The notes beneath the pieces were generated by a model. The model did not search any database. It was not told the DNA's origin and saw only the letters and a list, made by a program, of their open reading frames with translations. The translations under genes and the position numbers were made by a program. Shown here one piece after another: positions 26,101-37,333 of a DNA stretch of 64,000 nt. The stretch spans positions 992,001 through 1,056,000 of the forward strand of contig CP145416.1 in assembly GCA_036867785.1 (NCBI GenBank), in the 5' to 3' direction. The DNA comes from Plasmodiophora brassicae. Taxonomy: Eukaryota. How positions within the stretch are numbered: the stretch's first letter is position 1; every line of letters begins with the position of its first letter.

Positions 26101-26566
26101 TCAGGAGGTCGCGAAACGCATCCCACCTGGACTCGTCACTGAAATCAACCCCGTCCCAGCCCTGCTCTTTGGCGTATGTCAGAACGCCTTCCAAGATCGA
26201 TTGCGCGCGCCCATCAACGGCGAAGTCATTCAGCGAATCCCACGATATCTTTGGCGGTGCCGGATCATCTTCCGTCTACAGGCACCATACATCAGGATCA
26301 ACGTTGTACAAGTTGCAAGACCTGTCACGCTTACAGCTCTTGACACGTCCCGATCCTGGAATGCAGCAATATCGACGAGGATCTGCCCCAGTTGCGCCGC
26401 CGAGTAGTCGGACGACGCTACGACGCCTCGGCGAACGAGTTCGTGGCGGACGAGTTTCAGGTCGGCGATCTACACAGAAATCAGCAAAACGTCCCCGATG
26501 CGGTCCATACTCGACACGGCCGACAATATGCGGAGGCAGAACGATCGGAGCAGGCATCTCGCCCAT
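23178..26566 (-). CDS. SMARCC: SWI/SNF core subunit SMARCC/SWI3 with N-terminal MarR-like/BRCT/chromo module, SWIRM, SANT and C-terminal coiled coil
   Basis: [89 protein letters not shown]-terminus: [28 protein letters not shown]-terminus: EQGWDGVDF and [10 protein letters not shown]. Confidence 0.92.
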
Positions 26567-27005
26567 GGCCAGTACGCGGGAACGCTGTGCAGGCGCAGGA
26601 AATTCGCGAAGGGCCCCCGGTTTCTCCGGATCCGGCCCCGCCGACGAACCTGTCGACGCCGCACAACTCGGCGCTCCTGCCAATGCGCACCGTTTCGTGG
26701 CGGACTAAACGCGAACTGCGGGGGCGGCGTGCCAAACGCCCGGCACCCACACTGGCGCCGACCCAGGCCGCTCCCCGACGTGCATCGACCAACCTACCCC
26801 ATGTCTCGAACCTCCTGCGCTGGGCAGTTGATGTGTCCTGTGTGGTTTCCACATGGAGGAAGCCCAATGGCTTGGTAAGGTTGATAACAACGGCAACTGG
26901 CAAGCGGCGCACGCCAAAATCTGCCCACAAAGTTGAAAAATAAAACCCCGACACGGTTGTTGTTGTTGGAATGCAGCCCGACGGTCCCGACAGAGTGGTT
27001 CGGGG

Positions 27006-29853
27006 ATGCCGTTTGATGGATGCGGCGACGACGGTGCGCCCGTGTTCCTATGGGTGTGCGGCGGCGGGTTCGTCTCGACGCCGATCCTGATCCAGGGCCA
27101 TGACGTCGCTGCGCGATCGCGCCAGCCCATCGTGTGCGTCGGCAACCGTGCCTACATTGCCACGCGTAACCCCGGGGGGATGTTCTCGTTGCCGGCGGCC
27201 AGTCTGATGGGTTTCCAGAAAGTGGGCAGCTGCTGCGATGGAATATCTACGCGGAGTCGAAAGATGGGCCCGGGTCACTGTCCCATGCACAGTTCGAAAC
27301 GCTTTCGTTGCAACATGGGCGTGTATCTGCCGTCTCAGCCAGCAGGCGGAATGTTGTCGTTGTTGATGACATTGGAATGGTCTGGTCGATGGGACGAGAC
27401 CAGGACGCATTCGTGCAGATACCCATCAAGGCGACACGGATCGTTCGCGTTGCGTGTGGAGCCCGGTTCGTGATTGCACTTTCAGGTCAGCACGCTATGT
27501 GCCCATGCCATCCCATGTATTCGATATAACGTATCGGTCCATCCAGATCACGGGACGGTGCTTTCGTGGGGCGATGCCACAGACTGCCTAGGCAGACAAC
27601 CGACGAGTAACGAAGTCGACGTCATTGTCAACCTCCCAGATAATGTTGTTGCCATTGCTTGCGGGTGGGCGCATGCATGTGCCGTGTCTGCCAAGGGCCG
27701 GCTCTTCGTTTGGGGGGAGAACCGCCAAGGTTGCCTAGGCACTGGTGATAACAATGATCGCGTGCTTCCCGTCGAAGTGGATCTGGATAATGTTACTGCC
27801 GTTGCATGCGGCTACCAGCACACGATGTGTCTGACCAAATCCGGGAAGGCTTTCGCTTGGGGATGCAACATGCACGGGCAATGCGGAGACCCTTCGATTT
27901 CGACCGCTCTTGTCATGCCGCACGAGGTCCCCATGAGCAGAACGGTTATCGACATCGCTTGCGGTGCGTTTCACTCTGCGTTAATCACAACTGACGGGGA
28001 CTTGTTCATGTTTGGTACGTAACCCTATAATTCTGCAATGCCCCCACCAGTGTTCAGCTTGGTTGTCGCAGGCCTCAACAATGGCGGTCAGCTTGGTCTT
28101 GGTGACTATGACTTGCGCAGACAGCCCGTTCGCATTGATTCGATGCTGGAGAAGAATGTTCGTTCTCTTCTTTCGCGTTACCGACTGCGTTTAACTAATT
28201 GCCAACGTCGCAGGTGCTCGCCGTCTTTTGTGGCGGATTGACAACCATCGCGTTAACTCAGAACCTGATCGGTTTCTCCTGTAGCGACGATCATTTTAGT
28301 CTAGCGCATATTGAGACAGGCAGTGGCTGGGATCAACTTGGAGTCGTGTGTAAATCTACCTATCGTCACCGGTCGACGTTGCTTAGTGGCTGTGCAGGTG
28401 TCGTCTCCCCAGCCTCCGGTCATGTATCAGGAGATCGACGGCGTCGACGACTCTAGCCCTGTTCGTGTTGCAAGTGCTGCTGAACAAATATCGAACGTTT
28501 TTCGTCTTGACGACACGTCTACCTCTGGAGCGTCCGAGCCGATTCGCGTCTCTTCTGATGACCAACGATATCGGAGGGAATTACACCGAATGAGCCAAGT
28601 GTATCGGGAGAAACTGCTCAAGGACACCCACCGTCAGGCTGTACAGCAATGGCAAGCGAACTCAGTGATCATGGAGGCTGACCGTGAACGCGAGAGACAA
28701 CTTCATCTCTCGCAGCTGAGGGCTGCTGCAGTGGAAGCTTCAGTCAAAACGTGGATGAACGATATCCTCAGGGATTTCAACAAGAGACGAGATGGCCGAA
28801 AAGCACTTGGTACGTTGACCAATCCAAGGAACTGCTGTGCCCTGTCGGCTAATTTGTAGGCTGGTGTATGTTCAGATTTGCTGTACAAGACGGGTATTCC
28901 ACCGCGACTGCGGTCAATCGTATGGCCTCGTGCTATTTCAAACAGTCTCTTGATCAACACCGAACTGTTCAGCGTCTTCAGCGCCAGAGCTAAACGCATT
29001 CACATGGAGATCTTGGCAAAAGGAGAACAAAACGGGAGCGCCGCGCTTGCTGTAGGACGCGAGAACACCATCTACTACATCGAAGTTGATCTGCAGCGAA
29101 CCTTCCCTTCTCTTGCCTTTTTCCGACGCGGACAGCCACTTCATAGCGAGCTTCGCAACCTCCTCCAAACCTATTGCTGCTATCGTCCTGACGTCGGGTA
29201 CGTTCAAGGGATGAGTTACCTTGCTGGGGGTCTTCTCCTTTACCTGGACCCGTACACCGCGTTCTCGACGTTTGCAAATCTCCTGACGATGCCACTTCTC
29301 CATTCCTTTGTCCGCATGGACTCTGAGGCAATGAGCACCCATTACGCAATCCACGCGTGTCTTCTTCAAGGACTGCTTCCCCGACTTCACACCCACCTGT
29401 TTAGCGAAGAAGTTGCTATCTCCCCGCAGCTGTACATATTGGAGTGGTTTATGACGGTAGGCGCGCGAGCCATGGTTGGTGCTGTCTAATCTAATTCCTA
29501 CGCGATGCACAGCTCTTTTCAAAACGCCTCAATCTGATCACCTCCGCTCGATCATGGGATCTCATATTTACTCTTCCTGCTCCACATGTAACAATCCACA
29601 GAACCGCGGTCGCCATCCTTGCTTGCGTTCAAGACCGCCTAGTTGGGCAACCGTTTGATGACTGTATGTACGTGCTCAATAACGAAACCAAGGTGGGATG
29701 TTGATGGCGCACACACGATACTTTCGCGTTTGTAGTAACAGTTTAGTCCAGGCTATATCTGTTCATGAGCTGATGTCCGCCATGTCTGGCATCCGTGTGC
29801 CACCATCTATTGTCATCCAGTTGGACAATCTCAATAACCAGATAGACCGATAA
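27006..29853 (+). CDS. RCC1-repeat + TBC (Rab-GAP, TBC1D12/14-like) fusion protein (multi-exon)
   Basis: RCC1 repeats IACGWAHAC..VWGENRQGCLG, VACGYQHTM..WGCNMHGQCG and IACGAFHS. TBC domain GIPPRLRSIVW, IEVDLQRTFP (R finger) and GYVQGMSYLA (Q finger). Stop at 29851-29853. Confidence 0.9.
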
Positions 29854-29879
29854 ATGAACTCCCGTAAAGTATTCAAGGA

Positions 29880-30828
29880 TTGGACTGCCGTCGCTGTATG
29901 CTTCGCAGGTCCGGACATGGGCCGATCAGGCCAGGAGCGACTGTTGAAACAATGATCCGGCAACGTCTCCCGAAGATATCGGTGGCAGTTCCGTGGGACA
30001 GACGACCGTGTTGGGCATCGCTTGAGTTTGGTGCGTGTCGATCGCTGAACAATGATCAGCCGACTCCGTGCTGATAGTCTCTACTAAAAAGTAAAGCGTG
30101 CGCCCATAAACTTGAACTATCTCTACCCATTCGGCGATCAAGTACCTCTTTATGTACATGAACAAAGGTACTGATCGGACCTCTTTCCGAAGCAGCGGGG
30201 GATCCCGACGATCCAGCTCGCCAAAACGAGATTGACCTGTTCCAGGACGCTCGCTACCTAACTTCCAGCGAAGCCGCCTGGCGCCTGTTCGGTTTCCCCA
30301 TGCATCACAGCTCGCACAGCTGTGAAATCCTGAACATCCGCCTGCCAGGACGCCAGCTCTATGTCAACGATCGCAAGCTGACATCGTATTTCGAACCGTT
30401 CAGCACGAAACAGACGTGGTACAATTGTGGCACGACGGTAGCGTTGCGACTGGAGCGTCGGGTCCATGTTCTCGTCGATCTGTTCCACTTGTACCATAGG
30501 CATGTGATCATACGTCAAGCCAGTGGCAGGTGGGCCGCTGTTGAACGTTTCGTGTGACAAGGAATTAATTATCTGTTTCGTGCTGGACGGTTCGAAATAC
30601 GATGTCAGCTTGCGATCGTTGACATAGAGCTGGCGTCCTGGCAGGCGAATGTTCAGGATTTCACAGCTGTGCGAGCTGTGATGCATGGGGAAACCGAACA
30701 GGCGCCAGGCGGCTTCGTGCGAAGTTAGGTTGCGAGCGTCCTGGAACAGGCCAATCTCATTTTGGCGAGCTGGATCGTCGGGATCCCCCGCTGCTTCAGA
30801 AAGAGGTCCGATCACTACCTTTGTTCAT
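29880..30828. mobile_element. Decayed Helitron Rep-helicase fragment rearranged as a fold-back
   Basis: Peptides AIKYLFMYMNKGTDR, EIDLFQDARYLTSSEAAWRLFGFPMH, KLTSYF, LTY, YKWNRSTRTWTRR and PQLYHV match the order of conserved Helitron RepHel motifs (KYLFKY.KG.DR; ARY..EA.WR.FGF; LT..F; Y.W..W..R..GRLY). Frameshifted. Confidence 0.85.
30158..30828. repeat. Long inverted repeat: arms 30158-30414 and 30572-30828 (257 bp each), 157-bp spacer
   Basis: Direct comparison of the left arm with the reverse complement of the right arm gives about 10 substitutions and no indels by manual count (about 96% identity). Confidence 0.95.
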
Positions 30829-30842
30829 CTGTAAAGGGCGCT

Positions 30843-30890
30843 CGGTGGGGCTTCCGGTGGGGCTGCCGGTGGGACTTCTGGTGGGGCTTC
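30843..30890 (+). repeat. 4 x 12-bp G-rich tandem repeat (CGGTGGGGCTTC)
   Basis: CGGTGGGGCTTC CGGTGGGGCTGC CGGTGGGACTTC TGGTGGGGCTTC. Confidence 0.85.
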
Positions 30891-31782
30891 TCGCTGCACG
30901 TCACTCTTGGTTGCGCTCACCACAGCACTGCGGCGGTCTTCCTGCAGGCAAGGCTACTTTCTTCTTCGTGCGGCGGCTCCTTCCTTGCCCGTCACACCGG
31001 GACCGAGCACTGCAGCAAGCCGTTCACGCACGCGGGCACCACCACCACGCTCGACTGCACCTCGAAACACGACTTCACAAGTACGTGCCTCTGTTGGAGC
31101 ATGAACCGCGCTCTAGACGGTCATGTGACTGACGGCGACTCACACACAGGGTTGGACGAGTTAAACGCCCATACCAGTGCTTCATGTTGGGCAACTGTAA
31201 TGGCACTATTTGGACCGTGTCAACTGGACATTGATACCAGACACTACCGCCGCCATGACCTGGCCGTGCCGCCGCACCATCCGGTTCCGTAGTCCTCAGC
31301 ACTGCCTGACATTCTCTATTTCTTTCGCGCCTGCAACCTCTCCTATGGCTGGAAAGCGCTCCTCTGGCAAAGACAGTATCGAAAGTCGCGACTATCATGC
31401 CAAAAGGATACGACCTCCCGCTGCAAGACACTGTATCGACACACCAGAGCCGCATGGCAAAGGGATACGATCCGATGGCCCTGCGTCGTCGACTTCCACT
31501 GGCGGTTCTTCGTTACTGGCTAAATAAACTGAGGCACGCGAAGGCGATGTCCTGTGCAACAGCAGCAAGGACGACAGTGGCCTCCAGAGACGCGGCCGTG
31601 CTCTGGACGGACGAAAACGGACACGATGGGGAGCACCTTGATCAGCCGATCACGCTTCACATCTAAGATCGCCTTGACCACGCGAGCGTTCCTTCTTGGC
31701 AAAACCTTATTGAGTGGATCTTGCATCAACGACGTCGATCGGGTGACATTGAATAATATGGGAAGTAGACGAAAACGGAGGA

Positions 31783-33068
31783 TTACACTGGAAATTGTGC
31801 ATTGGACTGAAACTTCAGTGGCTCATTTCCCCATGAAACCCAACCAGGTTTCAAATTTCGTGCAAAGAGCTCAAGCTTTCTAGGATACTGATCACCGAGT
31901 AGGCGATCAATGATCGGCTTCTGAGAATGCGCTTCCGGTCGACTAGCGATAACAGCTCTCGAACAGAGTGCGGGAACAACATCGGGTCTGCAGCCAATCA
32001 CAAGCTGCTCATAGGGTTTGTGGTGACCACAGCGGATATCTGTACATGCAATCATGGTCAGCCGTACAAAACGACCCAGCCGCCACCAGTGACAGTCTGA
32101 CCAGATACGGGATCGAAATCCGGTGACAACTTGAGCCAGAACCAGATGCCACAACGACGTACGCCCCATGACGGAAACAGTTCCGTCTCTACAAAGCGGC
32201 GAAGTTTCGGGTCATTCGTCACCCAAACGGCAACAACGCCTTCTCTTGGATTTAACAAATTGCCTATCGTGTCTGAGAAGTCGGCAAGCCACCCGCTGAG
32301 ACGAAACAACGTACCGACCGGTAGCTGCAACAGACGGTTGTGCCGCATGGTAGGATAGACCTTTGACCGGTGAACACTCTTGTTGTCCCACGGCGGGTCG
32401 GCCACGATCAGGTCAAATCCGGAATCAGGGCGTGTCTGGAAAAGAAGGTCGACTTGCGATACGTCGCTCATAACAAAGGCACTATGCCGGGGAATGTAGA
32501 AAGAGTCGTCGAACGCGTCGAGGACCCTGACACAGTTGGAATCGTTTGTCTATAGAACACTCAGAGCCAAGTTACGTGCAACGCAAGCGTATGCATACAA
32601 CAACCGTGTTGCAAACCCGCATAACGTCCTCAACAGTAACTCGTTCGTCATACAAGCCCGCAGATTTCTTAGTAAAGTCATCGCAGCTTAAGCGCCAGCA
32701 CATGGAAACCTCATCGTCGGCCTGTTCCACAGACTCGCATTCCAAGTCGTCCTCATCTCCTAGCACCCGTTGTATGTCTCTGCGATGACATGACAGTATC
32801 TCCACGAACTTGTCGAGGGCAGACAGTTCCCTGAACAAGTACAATGAGCATGAGAAACGCCCAATCACGCATGTCCCGATTACTCTGCCGGCAACGTCGT
32901 TTCCGTCGACGCGCCGTTGCGCGCGCGCCTCACAACTCGGCTGTACTGGCAACGCGGCGTAAGCTCAGTGCCCGACCACAGCTGTCGTCGCACACCAGCC
33001 GCATTCAGCACCCACCCAATCGGCTCCCCAGCCCCGTCGCGAAGCTCAACGACGTGCGGCTTCGCCAT
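31783..33068 (-). CDS. METTL4: MT-A70 family N6-adenine methyltransferase METTL4 (multi-exon)
   Basis: FDLIVADPPWDNKSVHRSKVYPTM, VAVWVTN, LFPSWG..WFWLK, HKPYEQLVIG, HSQKP and LELFARNLKPGWVSWGNEPLKFQ, the METTL4/DAMT-1 clade pattern. Confidence 0.92.
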
Positions 33069-33252
33069 GATGCTGCCTGCCTGACCGCTGGCGCAACCGT
33101 TGAAACCAAAACGCCGCAGTCACGCGGCCCCAAGATGCGACTGGGCGACGTTACATCCGATCCGCGTCGACTCCAGGCCGGTGTGACGTCCGCCCAGACA
33201 CGCCACGGTGCAAAACGGGAACGGCGCATGGCGGGCGATTCATTGTCGGAAG

Positions 33253-34505
33253 ATGGCGGGTTGCGTCTGGATCCTGCAGGGCATCGTCGCTGTTGGGTTG
33301 TGGGCGTCGGCAGTGACGGGGGAGCGGCATGCGCTGATCATACTGCTGGGGAACGACGCCGACGGGTCCGCTGATGACGCCGTGGCTGTTCGTGGGGCGG
33401 CGCACGACGCTGCGGTGCTGGCGAACATGTTCCTGAACCGACGGGACGATTTCTCGACCAGGACGGTCATCGCCCATCGGCAGTACGCTCAACTGCTGCG
33501 CGGCAGATGTGGCGGGGTCGTCGAAATGACGGGCGTGACGACCTTCGCTTCACTTGGCCGGGGCTGGTCGCAGGGCTGTTACGTTGTTGTATTCGTCATG
33601 GGCCACGTCGCTCTTCACCGTGACCGAAGAATCGCTGTTGGCGAATCGTTGCTATCTCCGGACGATTTCCTCGAAGTCCTGACCAGCCGGCCATTTGGCC
33701 GAATGCTACTGTTTCTTGACACGTGGGGGCTTCGGAACTGCTCGAATTTCGTTTCGTGCTCGCTGAGTTGCCATCAACAGAAGCATTGGGTACAACGGCA
33801 TCCTGGCTCCGCGGAACCGGCCAGCCTTCACTCCAGCTCGCAGTCCAACGGTAAAGACGGTTGCCGTGTCAGTCTAGGTAGACGCATGCGTACCTAATCG
33901 GGTTGGTTTGGCAGGTCGCTGGCAATGTTGTGTTGATGTACAGTAAAACGTGCCCGGTCGCTAAGAAATCGCTGGGTTCGCGATTGACGGGCGTTGCTCT
34001 CCAAGATACGATCATGAAATGGAACAGGTTAAGTGGACCGCCGACATGGTTCCATCACGACCTCCAGCGTGCTTGGTCGATCACGAAGCGGGACGCAGTG
34101 ACGAGAATCGCCGGCCCACTCCATGCTGTCAGCCTTTGGAACATGCTGGACTTCTTCGGCAGAGGTGTCCCATCTCTCCCTATTGGCAACGAGGTCATCA
34201 AAGCCGACGGGAAACGCGTCCAGCTGGATGAAGAGGGCAACGTTGTTGTCTTCCAAGATGGCTTGTCTCGATTCGAAGGAAAGATCGACGGCAGCAACTA
34301 CTCAGGAATCGGCGTGATCGTCTACGCGAGTGGCACCCAATACTCTGGGCAACTTCGGCATCTGGCACGAGATGGATTCGGCATTATGCGACACCGGAAC
34401 GGCAAGGTCCTGTTCCAGGGCACGTGGAGTGCAGGACATCCTGTTTCGAAGTCGAAGCGCTACTGCAAGATCCTCCCACGTATCCGCAAACGTAAAGGAA
34501 CATAG
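33253..34505 (+). CDS. Secreted caspase-hemoglobinase (clan CD)-fold protein with C-terminal MORN repeats
   Basis: Signal peptide MAGCVWILQGIVAVGLWASAVTG; RHALIILLGN, AAHDAAVLANMF, VVVFVMGH and MLLFLDT. MORN-like FEGKIDGSNYSGIGVIVYASGTQYSGQLRHLARDGFGIMRHRNGKVLFQGTW; basic tail PRIRKRK. Confidence 0.6.
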
Positions 34506-34552
34506 CGTGTATCACATGTAAAGTGTATCATAGGAGGCTATCTGGCCCGCCA

Positions 34553-35602
34553 TCACATGAATCGACATTTGCGACCTGGAAGCGACGGCATCATGTGATC
34601 GTCGATCCCCGTGAAAACCGGAAGAGCATCAGGAGCGTCGCTTCTTCTCATCTGCATTGCCATGCACCGATGGCACGGGCACCGGCGTCGTTTCAGGTTC
34701 ACGTCGAGGTCAGGAGGCGGGCTAACGTGGCCTCCGTTGACGAGCATCTGGACGATGTCGTTCTGGCCCGCCTTGCGCGCCGCCAGCAGGGCGGCTTGAT
34801 AGTTGAGATCCCGATGCGACCGGTCACGAAGCAGCCACTGGACGACGCCAATGACGCCATGGTGGCATGCCCGCCTTAGCAAGTAGCCCTCGTCGACCAC
34901 GTCGTGTACGCGAGGGTCGGCGAGCAGCCTGAGGACGACGTCGGCGTGGTTGTGCATGGTGGCGTTCAGCACGGCAACATTACCGAAGTATCCAGGGTTC
35001 ACCCTCGGGTCGTTAAGGAGCATGCCGACGATCTGCAGGTGCCCTTTGCTACTGGCCGACAGCAGCGCTGCGTTCCCGTCTGCACTCGGGCTCGCACGCC
35101 CGTCGGCGAGCAGGAGGCGTACGGTGTCCACGTGGCCATTCTTGCAAGCGGAACGCAACGCAGCGCTATCGACGGCGCTCGGGTCAGGTCGGCCGTCATC
35201 CAGCAGCGTTTCAACGATCCGTGCCAGGCCGTATTCTGACGCTCGTCGAATCGGGCCATTGCAGGATGCCGTTGGGTCGACGCGCTTGTCGTCCAGGAGA
35301 AGGCGAAGGTTGTCCAGGTACGCGTCCGACGTCGACGCGATGCGGACGGCAATGTTGTTGAACATGGACGGGTCAACGCCGGCCAGCTTTAGGACGCCAT
35401 CGAGGACACGAGGATAACCGGCGCGGACGGCCCAGACGATCACGTCATACTGCGAACGATGGAGGGGAAGGGCGACCAGGACCCAGTGGCGAATCCATCG
35501 GGAGCATCGTAGGCACGATATGACGTCGTCGCCCAGCGACAGGAACGAGACGACAAGCGAGATAACGTCAGAACCAAGACGCGCGAAACAGTCGAGCGTC
35601 AT
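34553..35602 (-). CDS. Intronless F-box-like + ankyrin-repeat protein
   Basis: N-terminal LGSDVISLVVSFLSLGDDVISCLRCSRWIR (F-box-like). About 7 repeats of the type DPSAVDSAALRSACKNGHVDTVRLLLADGR. Confidence 0.85.
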   Translation of the reverse strand: MTLDCFARLGSDVISLVVSFLSLGDDVISCLRCSRWIRHWVLVALPLHRSQYDVIVWAVRAGYPRVLDGVLKLAGVDPSMFNNIAVRIASTSDAYLDNLRLLLDDKRVDPTASCNGPIRRASEYGLARIVETLLDDGRPDPSAVDSAALRSACKNGHVDTVRLLLADGRASPSADGNAALLSASSKGHLQIVGMLLNDPRVNPGYFGNVAVLNATMHNHADVVLRLLADPRVHDVVDEGYLLRRACHHGVIGVVQWLLRDRSHRDLNYQAALLAARKAGQNDIVQMLVNGGHVSPPPDLDVNLKRRRCPCHRCMAMQMRRSDAPDALPVFTGIDDHMMPSLPGRKCRFM

Positions 35603-35721
35603 GCGGTAAAACAATATAGCGCCAGCTAGAGCACGGTACCCGATCGAACCCGGTTCCGCCAGTCAGTGGGTTCACTGGGTGCGACTGATGACATCCAGCG
35701 TTTACTCTTCTAGAATTATCG

Positions 35722-37333
35722 TCATTTACGGCCGACGGTTCGCAGAACGGTCGACATGACATCGGCTTTGGACGGGAGCGCTGCTGACTCGAGGCCTTGC
35801 GCGTAAGGCATAGGAACATCCGCCCCGGTGACGCGTGCAACGGGCCCATCCAGGTAGTGAAAGGCTTCCGACTCGGCAACCATTGCCGAAATTTCGGCCC
35901 CGATGCCGCAGAACGGCCAGCCTGTACAGAGCAGAGTGAGTGAGGCGTACGTGGGAAGCGTACGATATCCCGACCGAGTTCAATTGTGACGATGTGATGC
36001 GTCCGCCTGACCGACTCCATGATCGTGTCGCGATCAAGAGGTCTAATCGACCGCAAATTGATAACCTGCCGAATCAGGGGCAGAATTCAGACTCGAATCG
36101 TGTTTGGGCCTGATGAGGTCGAGGTACCTCACAGTCGACACCGTGTTTCTCGGAAAGCTCGGCGGCGGCCTCCAGAGCGAGACCGACAGGTTTGGAAAAG
36201 GTCACAAGTGTGCAATCTTTGCCAGGACGGGCGATGTGAGCTTTGCCAAGGGGCAGAACGAAATCTTTCCCGAGAACTTCTGGTTGGACGTCGAACGATT
36301 TCCCATACCTGTTTTACCAACTTAGAAGGCATGTAGCTGCTGTTACCTCCCATCCCATACATCAGCTCATCTTCAAGGAATACAACGGGCGAATCGGATC
36401 GAATAGCAGCCTTGAGCAACCCACGGGCGTCGGTGGAGTCGTATGGAGACAGGACTATCAGGCCGGGAACAGATCCGTACCTACATCACGAGTAAGTCAA
36501 GTGCCCTCTTGCCGACGCAACGTCGAAGGACCATGCTGCAAAGCACTGCGAATGTTGTGCTCCTACTCCAAGCGCTGGGCCATTAGGGCCCCGGAACACG
36601 ATCGGGACCTACGGTTGCTTGAATCTCGATATTGTCGAGCCCATATGCGCAATGCAAACCTTAATTTGACCGCCAGACATGTAGTGTGATTTGCCTGCCG
36701 AGTTGACAATTTGGTCAATAGCCTAACGACTATCAGCTACGAGGACCAGAGAAGGCATCATCACAGATAGCCGAACCTGCATGCTAAAGTTCATTGTCAT
36801 GAACTCGCAGACTGGCCGGAGACCAGCCATGGCTGACCCCGTCGCAAGGCCTGCAATCGTTGTCAACCCTGAAGCATCCTATTCGATTACAACGGTTTGG
36901 GATTCACCCGCGAAACCCATTTCGGTAATAGGGGTATCCACAACCCGTTTCTTGCCGTACTTATCAAACAGGCCTTTTGTAATCTGCCCCTGATGGTAAG
37001 AACCAGATACGCAGCAAATGACTTATATGGCCACTGACCTTGTAGGCGCCGTTATATTCGGCAACTTCTTCGCCGATAACTGAACTTGACGGTCAGACCA
37101 ATCCCAGAAACAGGCACAATCCCGTCTGACCATAGACACGCTCGTCGCGGGCCATCTCCTCGTCGAGGGCGGAGTTGAGCGCCTCCCGAACCGTCATCTG
37201 CCCATGAGAGAGAAATCAACACACCACCGGCCAGGTGCCCGTATGAGCCCCGCACCGGTTGCGACGATGTCGAAAGCTGCCGATATGCTCTGCATGACGA
37301 TACGCGCCGGGCCAGCAACCGCGTACGAATCAT
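35722..37333 (-). CDS. PDHB: Pyruvate dehydrogenase E1 beta subunit, mitochondrial (multi-exon)
   Basis: Presequence [108 protein letters not shown] and [12 protein letters not shown]. Confidence 0.96.

Noticed and set aside
30158-30828. MITE or DNA transposon with terminal inverted repeats
   Set aside because: The arms and spacer are internal Helitron coding sequence, and I saw no target-site duplication.
30890-31780. Short ORFs and a degenerate direct repeat (CATG.CAAA.GGATACGA at about 31396 and 31453)
   Set aside because: No family could be supported; probably decayed sequence.
29880-33068. Functional link between METTL4 and the adjacent Helitron hairpin
   Set aside because: METTL4 is an ordinary intron-containing gene. 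Adjacency alone is no evidence, and there is no sign it was captured by the element.
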